A stretch of DNA of 64,000 nt from Batkoa obscura (Eukaryota), in contig JASVEC010000021.1 in NCBI GenBank assembly GCA_030770535.1, forward strand, positions 434,001-498,000. Direction: 5' to 3'. Below, piece after piece: positions 25,159 through 38,285 of the stretch. Position numbers and translations under genes: made by a program. The number at the start of each line of letters is the position of its first letter. The first letter of the stretch is position 1. The notes under the pieces are model-generated. The model saw only the letters and a program-made list of their open reading frames with translations. It was not told the origin of the DNA and searched no databases.

Positions 25159-28100
25159 AATTTCTGTAATGTGTACTTTTAATAAAAAGTTGAATATAAA
25201 TTGCAATTAAAATGCTAATTTGATTGTATTTATACTTTTCAATTTTGTTTTGTTGAGTTAAGTGCCATGTCATAGCCCTTTATCTAAGCATTGATAAGAA
25301 TAGTTTGAACCAATCATGCCTTGTTTATAGTCTTGTTATCACCCAACTTTGAATATTTGAAATTGGTTTGAAGCTGCAAATTATAGGTTATGAATCCTAA
25401 TTATCAGTTGAACAAGTTGATTTTACTCAGCTGATTTCAAGCTTAATAGGAATGATAAGAAATCTAATTTTCTAAAGCTTATCTCTTCACATGAAATCAA
25501 TAAATAGTAATGTAATAATAATAGAAAGGTTTTATAAATTTATTGTATTAACATAATAGTAATAATTAATAATCAAATTGTATATTCTCTTAATTTGATC
25601 CACTATAAAATTCGAATATCTTATTTCAAGCGGTTATATTTCGTATGTAGTTAGCAGTTAATTGAATTATAATGGTTAAATATTCAACTTTTGTTAATAT
25701 TAAATCATCTATTTATATAAAATACTTGTTTTTTAGAGTTACCATTTGAATATAAAAAGATAATTTGAAACTTGTATAATACTAATTAAATGTAAAAAGT
25801 ATAATATTCACACATTCTATATGTAAAAAACAGTTAATGAAAGAATCTTTTTTATAAATGTTGCTCATTAGCTTGGAATAGCAATGAGTTTTTTTAAGTT
25901 GTAGACAGACAATTTGAATAATAATGTTTAATTAATTTCAAATAAACAACTAAATTAGATTAACCGAAATATTTAAAATCATTACTTAATTATAATAATA
26001 TAAAGGCTTTATTATTAAAAACATAACTAATTAAATCAAACTTTATTATAAATAGTGCTTTAAAAAAGGAGTCTGGTGTTTTATTATTAGCATTTGATTA
26101 CCATCTTTCAATGAAAAATACCTTTGAAAGTCAAAGAATTCATATTCTAAATTAATAGCGTTATTTTTCTTTTTTTCTTTTCTATTATAATATATGTCCA
26201 TTTAGTGTCATTAGTGACAATTACTATAACATGTTTACTTCTTAATGCTATTATCAATTAAAACTAATACCATGATGAAAACATTACAATATAGAAATAA
26301 ACATGAATCTCAAATACAATTGTAAAAAGAAGACTGTGACTATGTTTTTGTGATCGCTTTAATTTGTGGATTTTTTTAATTATCAAATGTTCAAATTAGA
26401 AGTTTGAAGTAAGGAATCGTAATAGTTAAATTATTTGAATTGTTACATTTATATTTATAATGCGATAAATAGAAACTAATTACTTTTAGTAAATCAGAAA
26501 TCAATTTTAGTAGAAAATATTAGAAATAATTTCAAAATTAAGTTAAATTTTTAGAATGAACGCTATTATTTAATTAGCGTAAAATAAAACTTGAAAAAAT
26601 AAAAAATTGAAATTAAAATAAAAAATTAAAATTAAAATTAAAAACAGAAATAGAAATAGAAATAAAACTTAATTGTTGGAGTCAATAACGTTTTTACTAT
26701 TATTTTTTAATATAAAAATTTATTTTTATTTTATTTTATGTTTTAGAGAAATGATATTTGCCTTTTTAAATCTATTAAGATAAGCGTACAAACATGATTA
26801 TTTCCTAATTTGTTAATTAAGAATATTTTATTCTGCTACCAGTTTTTTTTGATAATCTTTTAATTTTAAAAATTGATAAATAATATACGAATAAGTTTAT
26901 AAGTTTATATTATTTACAATCCAGTATATTCCTATCAGCAACTGTTACAAAACAGTACATACTTATAATACTGAAGTCGAGTTTGAGGTAATTCATTTTC
27001 ATTAAAAACATTCGATTATTGTTTCTAATAATTACACCGCTTGTTACATAATTTTGTCAATGTCATGAATAAATCTCATTATTAGAACATTCATATTCTT
27101 CTAAACTTGTGTAACTAATCAGAAAGCTTGTCAACATGTTTCTACAAAAGTTTCAATTTAAAAATATTCATTTCAACTAACCCTATCTCCCCATTAAATG
27201 AAGTATTAAAACTTAATTGATTTTATAAAATAATAGGAGGTAGAAATGAGATATTGAGTATTCAATATTGAATATTGAATATTGAATATTAAATATTAAA
27301 TATTAAATATGTCTTAAAGCATCTATATTCGATAAAAAAATCAATTAAAACACTGAGGTTTTACCCCAAAAGTTGAATTAATAAATTTTTTAAATTAATC
27401 AAGTAAAAATAAGGGATAATTGGTGTTGAAAGAAAAGGGATTAAAAGTTTTATTTTTTATCTGTAAAACACTTATCAATATCAGCTATACTTAATTAATT
27501 CAAAAAATATGGGAGTAGTCGGGGTGAATAATAACTTTTCAATAATGATTTAATAATGAATAGTTCTTGCCAAATCTGATCGTAGATATTAACTGATGTA
27601 ATTAAAACAATGACTAAATAAATTCTACTAAAATTTACAAATTGTTAGTTGACCATTATATAATTTTCATAACAAGCAAAAGCAATAATAAATAAAAAAG
27701 TAAGGGTTATAAAACAATGAAGAATCTTATGTTTTAAAACATATTGAAAAACAAGAGGGTTATTCACAGCTTCTAAAAATAACCTTTATAACAAAACTAT
27801 ACTTTTTAAAAGTTATTAATAAATCATTTATAATTTGGCTTAGCATGGTGTATTTTTGAAAAATTACTACACACATACTCAGCTTTTTATACAATTCTAA
27901 CAAAATAGTACCACGTTTTTGATTTTATGGAAATCACTTGGCAACCTCAAGTTTCAAGGAGTTATAAAAATGGAAAAGTAAGAGTAAGAGTAAGATGAGG
28001 TGGAGGTAAGTTGATTGTAAGATTAGCTAAACGAAATTAAAAAATAACTAAACCTTATAGTCATTGGAAGTTGAAAATAAATACTCAATAAGCGGGTATA

Positions 28101-28437
28101 ATGGAATATTTTGTGATTTATAGTAAAAATTATTAGCATAAAGTAAATATATAAACAGAGTAATAAAAATGACTGATTGATTAATTTTAATACTATGTGA
28201 TGTTTTACAGATGATCTATAGTTTAGTACCCATAATATAATAAGAGGTAGGGATATTGTATGGTTATACCAATAGTTCAACTAAATAAGTTATGACCAAA
28301 ACAATAATGATAATTGAGTCAGAAAGGACAACTACAATTAACTTTTAAGGGGTTAGTGACTTTGTGACAGTCTTAAGTTGAGCTGGTATATTGATTTTTA
28401 ATTAAAATTCAGTTTAGATCTTAATAAGTCGTCTGTC

Positions 28438-28531
28438 TGTTTTTTTGGCTTCATCACTTTATTTTTTTAAGTAATATCTGAGTAGAAAGGCTATTACTAG
28501 AATTCTTGAACAAAAAAAATATATCCCCTAA
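28438..28531 (-). mobile_element. Degraded MITE family copy
   Basis: tgtttttttggcttcat..aattcttgaacaaaaaaaatatatcccct. Confidence 0.7.
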
Positions 28532-30989
28532 TGTTGGAACTAGTATTAGTATTAATGTTAAAGCTAGGGTTAAGAATAGAATTGGGGATTTGGGTTTATT
28601 AAAAGATTTACTAGTAATTTATATTCCATTATTAAAATTAGTTCTTTATCAAAAAAAATATTAAGTTTTTCATTCGTAAAAAAATACATTGATAATTTTG
28701 TCAATTATACCAGCTTGTTATTAACAGTAATAGCTTCAAAGTTATAAATTATACCTTATTAATTTAGTATATTAAGTAGGTTGTGTTTAAGCCATTTAAT
28801 TAGTGAAGTACTATATTTGTAGAACCTCATATCAAAAGTGATAGTAGCTAATCCATTAAACATTGATATCTCTGAATTGTGATATCTTTAATTAGCTATT
28901 TTCTATTTTCATAAATGAACGTGAAATTTCCGCTTTTTAAATTTAGTAAGTGAAATTTTTGTATAGCATGACTTTTTCAAACAATGAATAGGAATTCATG
29001 TAGTTTCTTTTTAAAGGCATAATGGCAATAATATTTCATTGTTCTTTCACTTTTTTACTTGATAAAATACAAACATCAATTGATGTCGCTTATCTCTATA
29101 TTGTAAAATTATGAAAATAATAATTACGTGTCATTAATTTTTCATTTTAAAAAAACCCACTCTTTTTTAAAATTAGTATATTACTAATACTGTTACTTGA
29201 TATTAATAAATCTATCATTGATTTTCTATGAAATGATTGATTCTTTTTATAAACCTTAAATAAAAAATCACTTGGCATTTATGCTTTATAAGTTTGAAAA
29301 TAATGACGATGTAACTAGACTTTCACACTTTATAACTTTTATCGTTTTAAATTGAAAGTCAACTACTATAAAATCAAACCCCATAAAATATGATAAAAAA
29401 CGATATCATTAAGCTTAAAAGCGATATTAAAAAAGAATGTTAATTTCTAAGCTTTGATATCATAGTTTAGTGATATTGAGTTATTATATTATAATCACAA
29501 ATATCTATATTATAAACACCTTTTTTAAACAAAATTACAACTCCTTAGCTCAATTCAATTATCTAAATATTACTTGTACTAAGTCATTCAAAGTTCATAG
29601 ATATATTTTTGAATTAAACTAACAAGGTGTGGGGGGAGTTTAAGGTTCATCTATAAGTTTATAAATTTATAAATGAATTAAGCGAAACATATTAATATAA
29701 ATCCATGTTTAATTTATTATTTAACTAACAGTAAAAATATAAGATAAAAAAGTTAACTCAAAATCAATGTTGTGGTGATCCAATTTCATTCAAAACGTTC
29801 TCTCCTTTAATAGATAGTTGGAAGCTCAAAGTTAATTCAAGGTAATAAATTATTAAGATGAAATAGTAATTGCTGTACATTTTGATATATATTATTATAA
29901 ATATATATAACTTTATGTATTATTATCAAGTCAATAAAAAATGTTCGAGAACATAAAAAGAATCATATAAATTAAAAATGAATTAAGGCTATATTATTAT
30001 TAGCAATAGTCTCGAAAAAAATAAGGCAGAGTGCTCCTTAATTTTATTTGTGTTTATATTGCTTATTATGACTAAACTTATAAACTTGATATTCTATTTA
30101 TTGGTTTATGGAAAATTAGTAAAAGACCTTATGATTCAAGTTATTATGCATAACCTAAGTAACATAAAGAAAAGGGGTAGTAATTATATCTATTTTATAT
30201 TAATATCATTACTATCATAATAAAATTACTAACAAGATAATACGAATACAATAACTGAGTAAAATTTTAGGATCAATTTCCCCTTACTTTTAAATAAACG
30301 AACATAACCAATAGTTATTAATATAGTAGTTCAACAATTAATAAAATAGATTAAGTTAATATACTAAATTCAATTATGATATTATAATAGAAATATTAAA
30401 TTAATATTATATTGTGAATTAATTGATTCAATATTGATTTGTATATTTTTTATATAACTTTAATAAAGCAAGTTCTTATTCATTATTTAAAAAAGAATGA
30501 TTATCATTACTTAAAATCAAAAGGAGGTAAATTCGCAGCCAATCAATTCATGTAAACAAGCATAGATAAGAGGAGAAAATGAGGAGAGAGAATAAGAAAT
30601 TATAACATAAAAATAATATGTTTTATTTACTGCTCATAAAGTTACAAAGTTAAAATAATAACCACCTTTCTTTTTAATGTAGAAAATAGACATCTTAATT
30701 AATGTTTATTCTTTAATTATATAAAAAATAAATTAACTGTTTTATTTATAACTTAAATCTTGGAATCTCTTTTTAATTTAAAACCTAGTTCTACCCTCCA
30801 AATTCCTTAATTAAGTAGCTACACCAATCAATTAAGTTCCAAGCTTAACATTCCAGCTTTCTATTCATAAGTGATGCTTATACTATATCTAGATTTTTTT
30901 AAAAAGTATATAAATACAATAAATTTACTTCAATTTTTATTTATTTTAAATATAAAATTTAGAACACAGCCAAAAAAAATAAAAATATA

Positions 30990-31928
30990 ATGAATTATCA
31001 TAAGACAACAAGAGGAAGACATGTATCCCAAGCGCAACTTCATTCATTACCATATTATAAACCAAGACCAGCAATTTGTTCGAGTTTACAATCTTTGGTA
31101 CAAGAAAATAAACGATATCCAATAGATGTATTAGCTAATTGGATCTTTAATCATTTTTTACCAACAACAAACACACATAGTCCACAAATTTACAATAAAG
31201 CTTCCATCACCAGTTATATAAGAACGTTACTCATGGCCACTAACGCCACTAATCAAATATTATTAGCCACTATTCAATATATCAAACGTTTAAGTACTGA
31301 CATATTATGGTTTCAACGTCAAGATATAACATTATTATTTACTGGTAGCTTAATGTTAGCTTATAAAATGTTAGAAGATAGTCCTTACTTTACTAATAGT
31401 TGGGCCCCAATCACATGCTTTGATGCAGTTACATTAAATAGAGCTGAAAGATTATTAGCAAATAAATTAGAGTATAAATTAAGTGTAGTTGAAAATGAAA
31501 TGATACAAGATTGGCTTAAATTAAATTATTTTTGTAATAATACTACTTGGTATAGACCTAATAATCTTATTGTTCACCATCAACAACATACTTATACTAG
31601 TGGTAAAGTTACAAGGAGACAAATGAATCCACATTATATTAGAAATAATGAAAGGAAAAGGTCTCAAAGTATTTCTATGGTGAATTATCAACCCAATTTA
31701 ACATATACTAATGTTCCTCAAAATTGTATCAGTTTTCATCCACAAAATGGCATGTTAAATTTACCCCATCCTACCTTATTGCCACCTTTAACTATACCTT
31801 CTATGGTACCCAAAATGGAGTATTGTTTCAAAGTACCTGAGTTAATTACTAAATGGCAACCTGAATTTTATTGGCATGGTTTTGTACAACCTACTCCTAC
31901 CTTTGTAAATAATCATAATTTGGTTTAA
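30990..31928 (+). CDS. Pho85-type cyclin (Pcl/Clg1-like), intronless
   Basis: Cyclin box ILLATIQYIKRL..LFTGSLMLAYKMLEDSPYFTNSWA..LNRAERLL..LEYKLSV. Confidence 0.85.
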   Translation: MNYHKTTRGRHVSQAQLHSLPYYKPRPAICSSLQSLVQENKRYPIDVLANWIFNHFLPTTNTHSPQIYNKASITSYIRTLLMATNATNQILLATIQYIKRLSTDILWFQRQDITLLFTGSLMLAYKMLEDSPYFTNSWAPITCFDAVTLNRAERLLANKLEYKLSVVENEMIQDWLKLNYFCNNTTWYRPNNLIVHHQQHTYTSGKVTRRQMNPHYIRNNERKRSQSISMVNYQPNLTYTNVPQNCISFHPQNGMLNLPHPTLLPPLTIPSMVPKMEYCFKVPELITKWQPEFYWHGFVQPTPTFVNNHNLV

Positions 31929-32835
31929 GTTTTTATTATATAAGCATGTTTAAAAAAAAAGATTAATACTATCAAGGAGTTGATATTCGTCTCTTTCTTA
32001 GCAAATAAAGCAATTATTTATTTTAATTATATATTAGTACTCTTTCTATGTTTGTTATGGATACGTCTGTATCTTTTTTTTTAAAATTAATGTTTTATAT
32101 TATGATGTCAGTTGATTAGTGAAAATCCACCACTTTTTTCAAGCTAAAGAAGCAGATTAAGATTATGCTTTAATGAATTTTTTGTATTGAAAGAATAAAA
32201 TGATGCAAGTTATGATGGCTTTTAAGAATAGAATGGGCTTTATTGTCGATGTTTTACGCTTAATCGAACAAAAACCATATTCTTTTTGAATGGTTGAATA
32301 ACTTGGAATATTAGTTTTTAAGGATTTGATAATGAATATAAAAATGAGTAGTTGCGATATCATTTTCTGAGGATACGCTAAATGAAAATTATTACAAGTT
32401 TGTTATCAAGTGTTTTTAAGATAATTTGCACTCTCAAATGGAAAATAACGGATAATTAAAAATGTTTTTTTGTTTAATTAGGGATGGGGCGGAGTGAGAG
32501 TATTTTAGGATAATTCATTTATTAAATGAAGTGTTTAGTTGTCTAATAAATTAATCAAGTGGATCTCAATAGTTTATTAAACATTATAGAATAAACGGAT
32601 TTAATAGAAGAAAAAGGCTACTTTTAATATATAAAATGATAATAAAAAATTTATTTAATTTATAAAATTATGTTTATTATACCCCCTATTTTAATAGTTT
32701 TAATAATCATTTACTATTTTTATTTATTTCTAATTTATTGAGTTCTATTGATATAACTTTATTAGTAGAAATCCTTTTTTTGACAAAAAAAATAAAACAA
32801 AATTTATCTTTAAATATTTCAAAAAACTCAGGTTC

Positions 32836-32868
32836 TATAACATAAACATAAACATAAACATAAACATA
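32836..32868. repeat. (ATAAAC)n microsatellite
   Basis: About 5 tandem units. Confidence 0.8.
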
Positions 32869-35296
32869 ATACTTGAAGGTGACTTTATTAATGTAACTAT
32901 TCCATTAAATAACTCCACTATAATATGATCTTGATAACTATAACATAACTATGAGGCAGTCTGAATAAAAGAATCTATTTTTATGATAGAATTTATAGTT
33001 TCTATTAATTATTTGAAAAAATACAGGGTCTTTGAAATAAAGTTATTTAAATTATTTATTATTATAGTTACAAAAATGGCGTGTATTGTTTAAAAAATAA
33101 AGGTAAGCCTAAACGGTAAGGGTACTGAATAGAATATCAAGCCTTTAAATCAAAAATAAAACAGTTTATCCCATTTTGCTTAGTATTCTATATCATTGCT
33201 TGGCCCTTTAGATTTCCTCCGTCATTCAATAATTTTAATTATCGTATCATATGAACAATAAAATCATACCATACTCATTTCATAACATAAGCAGTAATTT
33301 AAAAAAAAACATTTATTAGTTCATTATACCTCATTTTGACTCTCTTTACTATATTGATTTATTAGAAATTTTAATTCCTAATTATTATATTTTTTCGTGA
33401 GAAAATGGAATTCATTTTATGAAATTTTAATTTACCATTTTTAATTGAATTTCATTTTTGTTTGAAAATCTATCATACTAGAAAAAAAAGTTTTACAAAA
33501 GAATAAAAGAATGAGTCCTTGTATTAATTCAAAAGTAAATTTCAGATACCACCCATATAAGTCATTCAAAAAATAATAGTGAATAATAATTAAAATTTCA
33601 TAATTCATTAAGTTAGTATATTACTATTATGATTGATAAAGGAACTCTTTTATTAAATAAACAAGTTTGTGGATCAACTCATTTTTTATCAATGGGATAA
33701 TTACAAATCTGAGTCACTTTGAAATTTCACTTAACTAGTATTAGGAACTCACATTGCCAGTTTTTATTAGCCTATTGATACAAAATAAAAAGTAATTAAG
33801 GTGACAGAGACAGATAAATGATATAAAAAATGAATTTTTGACATATTTTTTAGATGAGATAATTATCATAGAACATAAATGTCTTTTTTAATTTTACTTT
33901 TTTGTCCACTTTTTATACAATAAAAAATAAATATTTGTCAGTGAAACTCTTAAACAAGAAAAACATTACTATAATTTCGATTTCCATTCAAAAAAACAAA
34001 TCATTTTCTAGTTATTAACTTGATCACTTTCTACACTATACATAATTTAAAAAATGTTAGTAAAATACTGAAATCAAAAGACATTTTCATATTTCAACTT
34101 GTCTTCTACTCTTATCTAAATAGACAACATTCAATACTAGTGCTTTTATACGATTCATAGTTAAAAAGGGAAAGTAAAGGCAACAAACATGGAATCAATT
34201 TCTAGTTCTTATAAATGAGATTAAAAAAATACTGGTAATCAGCTGAGGTATAGCATATAAAATACAAAAAAGTAAAGTAGAAATTAATAACTCTTTAATT
34301 CTTTTGATTTTAATATAGAAACCCTATTTTTTTAAATTAAAACATTTAATTATATGAAAGTTAAAGTATAGATTACTAAAAAAAACATAATAAACTATCA
34401 AGTTTTGTACTATTCTTTGTATTCTATTTGTTTTATCGTTGAATTCATATACATGTTAAATAGAGGAATAAAAAAGATACATATAGTATAATTAACTCAA
34501 TAATGATATTGAACTTTATAATAAGTATTTCTAATATCATTTTTTATTTCTTATTTTTTATCTTTTATTACGATTATGTATTGTAAATTATACAATTATA
34601 GATTATCCCCTTAAAAACTTTATCAAGAAGTTGAATATTAATAAAGTATTTACTCCTTTTTACTATCCCTTAATCCCACTTTAATAGAAACAATTCATTA
34701 AACAGCATAGAATCTTAAGTCACTCACTTATGATATATTTGAACTAAGTCTCAATTATAAAGGCTTATTTACTTTTGTTTCATTTACTGGAATATTTAAT
34801 TAATTTGTTTCCACTTCACTTGGCATCATTTTTCAATTTTCATCAGCATATATAGTCATCAAATAATTTACTAACTTTAATACATATTTTTCAAATGATT
34901 TTATAAAAAATTACCACATAAAAATAAAATAGAACATAAATAAAGCTTTTTAGTATATTTCTTTTAAAAATTTGTCAATTTATTATTAAATTATACTATT
35001 GAAAATAAACTTCATATTTTGATAATTTAATAATAAGTTTCTTGATTTATGACTTTAACTTTATTTATTTGAAATTGATTTTTCTCTTATCCTGAATTAT
35101 ATTTATAATTGAACTAAAATTGAATTACTATTATTAAATCAATTTTTTATCTACAATTATATATTTGTAAGATTAATTATATAATTAATTAGAATGCACT
35201 TAAAAGTTATAGAAAAACTTAATTGACTATTGAATGGTTAAATTGTGTTTGTTTTTACTTTAAGATAAAAAAAGTACTATTTAATATTATGATATT

Positions 35297-35401
35297 ATAT
35301 GGGGATGCTTTTTTTAATTTCATTATTTTTCCATTTTTTAAGCGCTATTTGAGTGAAAAGATTGTTAGTAAAATTCTTAAACACAAGAAACACCCCCATA
35401 T
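35297..35401 (-). mobile_element. ~105-bp MITE family copy (well preserved)
   Basis: ATATGGGGATGCTTTTTTT...AAGCGCTATTTG...AAACACCCCCATAT. Confidence 0.92.
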
Positions 35402-35624
35402 ACTAAGGTTCACAAATAAATAAAAAGGAACCGCTAATTAATAAATCAGGAATGATGATTCTTATAATTATATAAAGTCATAGTAATATATTGATTTTGA
35501 CTAAAAATAATCTATTTTAAAAAAAATTATGTATTAAATAAATCTATAATAAAAATTTAACTAAATTAAAACAACTCGCAAAAAAATCAATTATATTCAA
35601 TTAATAAATCATTAAATCATTAAA

Positions 35625-36934
35625 TCAATTTTTAATAAACAATTCCATTATACTTTTCATTTCCTTTGTTGCATTTTCTTTTGAATACTTTTCAATTATT
35701 TGTTTAACTGCTAAGATATCCAAATCTTTTAATAATTTACTATCTTTAGGTTCTTTACTATTTAATAGTTTGTTAACACACTAAATAAAAATAATTGATT
35801 AATAAAATAAAATAAAAAAATAACAAAGATCGAAATAATAATATATAGGAATATTTGTTTTTGCTTAAATATTGGATTATTTTTTTGACTCTACGCTATA
35901 TAAAAATGAACATGTATATATTCCCATAGAATACTAAATAATGTTAAACTTACCATTTTAATTCCATAAAATCCACGTAAATGATTTTTACTTAACTCCA
36001 CTACTTTACAATACGATTTTAATGCAAGATGAAAATGTTCTAAAGTATATAATATCTATTATAATAGGAATATTAATTTAGTGCTAATTATCAACAGTTT
36101 ATATCAACTTACTTCTGCATATTTTAAATGATATATAAAATTTTGTGGCTCAAATAATATTAATTCTTCAATACAATGGCTAGCTTCAAGATATCTAAAA
36201 TAGTAAAATAAAACATTAAAATATTATTAATTATTTAACAGTTAAATTGAATTTACTTATTATCATCGATATAAATATTACTTAATTCTTTCCAAGCTTC
36301 CATATCCATTGGATTGAGTTTTAAATAATCATTTAATCCAACAATAGTTTCTTTTATGTTACCGACTGTTTTATTAATAGCTATTCTTCTTTTTAATGTA
36401 GGCTATATAAAAAATATTTAATAAATATTATAAATTTAATATTATTGTATTTAAATAGAATCATCGTAAATGCTTACTAAATGAGTTTCAATATCATTTA
36501 ATAAATTATTGTATAACAATATAGCTTCTTCAAATCTACCTTCACCCTCTAAACTCATACCACATAATCGTGTAAATCTTGCTGAATCTGGAAATTTTTG
36601 GCCTACTTTTAATAATAGTTCCTTTTAAGTGGATTAATTATTAATCTTATTTAGTTTAGAATGCTTGAAAGATTGATTTACCTTTGCGAAATCTAATTCT
36701 CCTAAATCAATGGCAGCTGTTATTACTTGTTCATAAATGAGCCAGACTAAAATCAAGGATGTTAATTAGATTTAATATGATAAATTATAGTTTACTTTCA
36801 TCTCCTATCTTTGATGTATAATTATTATTATCTAATAAATGATGTCCAATAGTTAATATCTCTTCACTTTTTCTTTCACCTGATATTCTTAATTCTTCTA
36901 ATTTATTAATACAACTTTCAAAACTTAATGACAT
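35625..36934 (-). CDS. EMC2: ER membrane complex subunit 2 (TPR), 7 exons
   Basis: IWLIYEQVITAAIDLG, KFPDSARF, KRRIAI, DMEAWKELS.IY, CIEELIL.EPQNF, LRGFYGIK; absent from the ORF track because exons are short. Confidence 0.92.
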
Positions 36935-37195
36935 GTTATAAATTATTGTTCTTTTGAATAAAAAAATTGAGAGTTGATGTGGCTAAATTATTTTAGATTG
37001 AAAAATTTCAATTTTCTAAATTTTTGGATGGGAATTAGCAACAAATTTATAAAAAAAATACATTAAATTTGAAAAAGTAATAAAAAGGATTATAAATTTA
37101 TAAAAAAAATTCCATTTTATTTTATATCTTCCACTCCCTTTCTTTATTTCTTTCACCTCTTTTCTATTTCTTTCACCCCCCTTCCTCTCCTATTA

Positions 37196-38006
37196 TCAAA
37201 ACTTTCTATTCCCACCCATTCTTCTAAATTGATGCTGGTACTTCCTTTTTCTATCAAATTCTTTTTCTTCCAGTTCTTTTCTACGCTTTTCATTGATCTT
37301 TTCTACCTTTTTAGCCTTTGATTTGATTCTTAATTTTTTAGCTTTACTTAATTTAACTTTTGGTTTAGGAACTTCATATGGGATAACTTTAACTTTATGG
37401 GAATAAAAACAGTTTGGCTATAATGATGGTGAATTTGTTAAGAATAGATATTTATAAATGATTCATAGCTATCTTACCCATGGTAATTTAGATTCTCTTA
37501 AAATATCTTCATACTTTGTTGCTGCCGATTCATATTCTTGTAATTTATTTTCGTTTCTAGAAAAATATTTAACTTTAATAATTTTTTACATAATCTCTTC
37601 AAATAAAAACTATTTTCTATTCTGAAATTTAACTTACTCGTTAGCTAAATAATATTCTGGACCCCTTTTTATTACTTTAATAGTCGGTTCGACTGTAATT
37701 TTTTTAGCTTCTACACTAGAAAATAATCGAAATACCTATATAATATGGTTCATTTTTATTAAACTTTTATTTCTTATTATAATTAGTTGTATTTACTTGC
37801 AAATCTTCTTCCTCTTCATCCTTTTCTAGTACTTTTTTTTCTTCTTCTTTTTCTATCTCATCATTATCCCCTTCTCCCATATTAATATCAAATGGTAAAC
37901 GTTGAGCCAACTTTTGATTCATTTGATTAATTAATGTTTGATCTAACTTGATATCTTCATCTTCTGATTCTTCATTATATAAATTAGCTCTTGAAACTCT
38001 TTTCAT
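37196..38006 (-). CDS. Conserved fungal protein, DUF2011-like, 4 exons
   Basis: MKRVSRANL, acidic tract, FRLFS, PEYYL, AATKYEDILRESKLPWP, basic C-terminus. Confidence 0.6.
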
Positions 38007-38285
38007 TTTGTTCTAATATTTTATTTATTTATTAAAATTATTTAAAAAATTCAATTAATTTTATTAACAAAACTTAAGCTAAATATTTAGATTAAATAAC
38101 CCAAATCAATTGGTTCAAATTTTATTATCATTTTTTTCAATATTTCCTTTATTACCATTTATTATATAGAAAAAATGATTAACTCAAATAAACATGAGAA
38201 TTCAAAGAGTAAGTCTCGTCAAATCATCGTTCAAAAGAGTTCTATATTTTACTTAAATTCACTATCGTCTTCCATTTCGCATCAT

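Noticed and set aside
27780..27915. Faint integrase-like fragments (HGV..SAFYT..QNS)
   Set aside because: Needs several frame changes; too weak to call
35223..35423. 66-aa ORF
   Set aside because: Largely made of the MITE copy at 35297-35401 and starts at a non-ATG codon
37110..37198. RG-rich coding-like sequence after the DUF2011-like stop (frameshift or readthrough)
   Set aside because: Could be a homopolymer error or a purine-rich UTR; the shifted frame stops soon after, so there is no evidence of recoding
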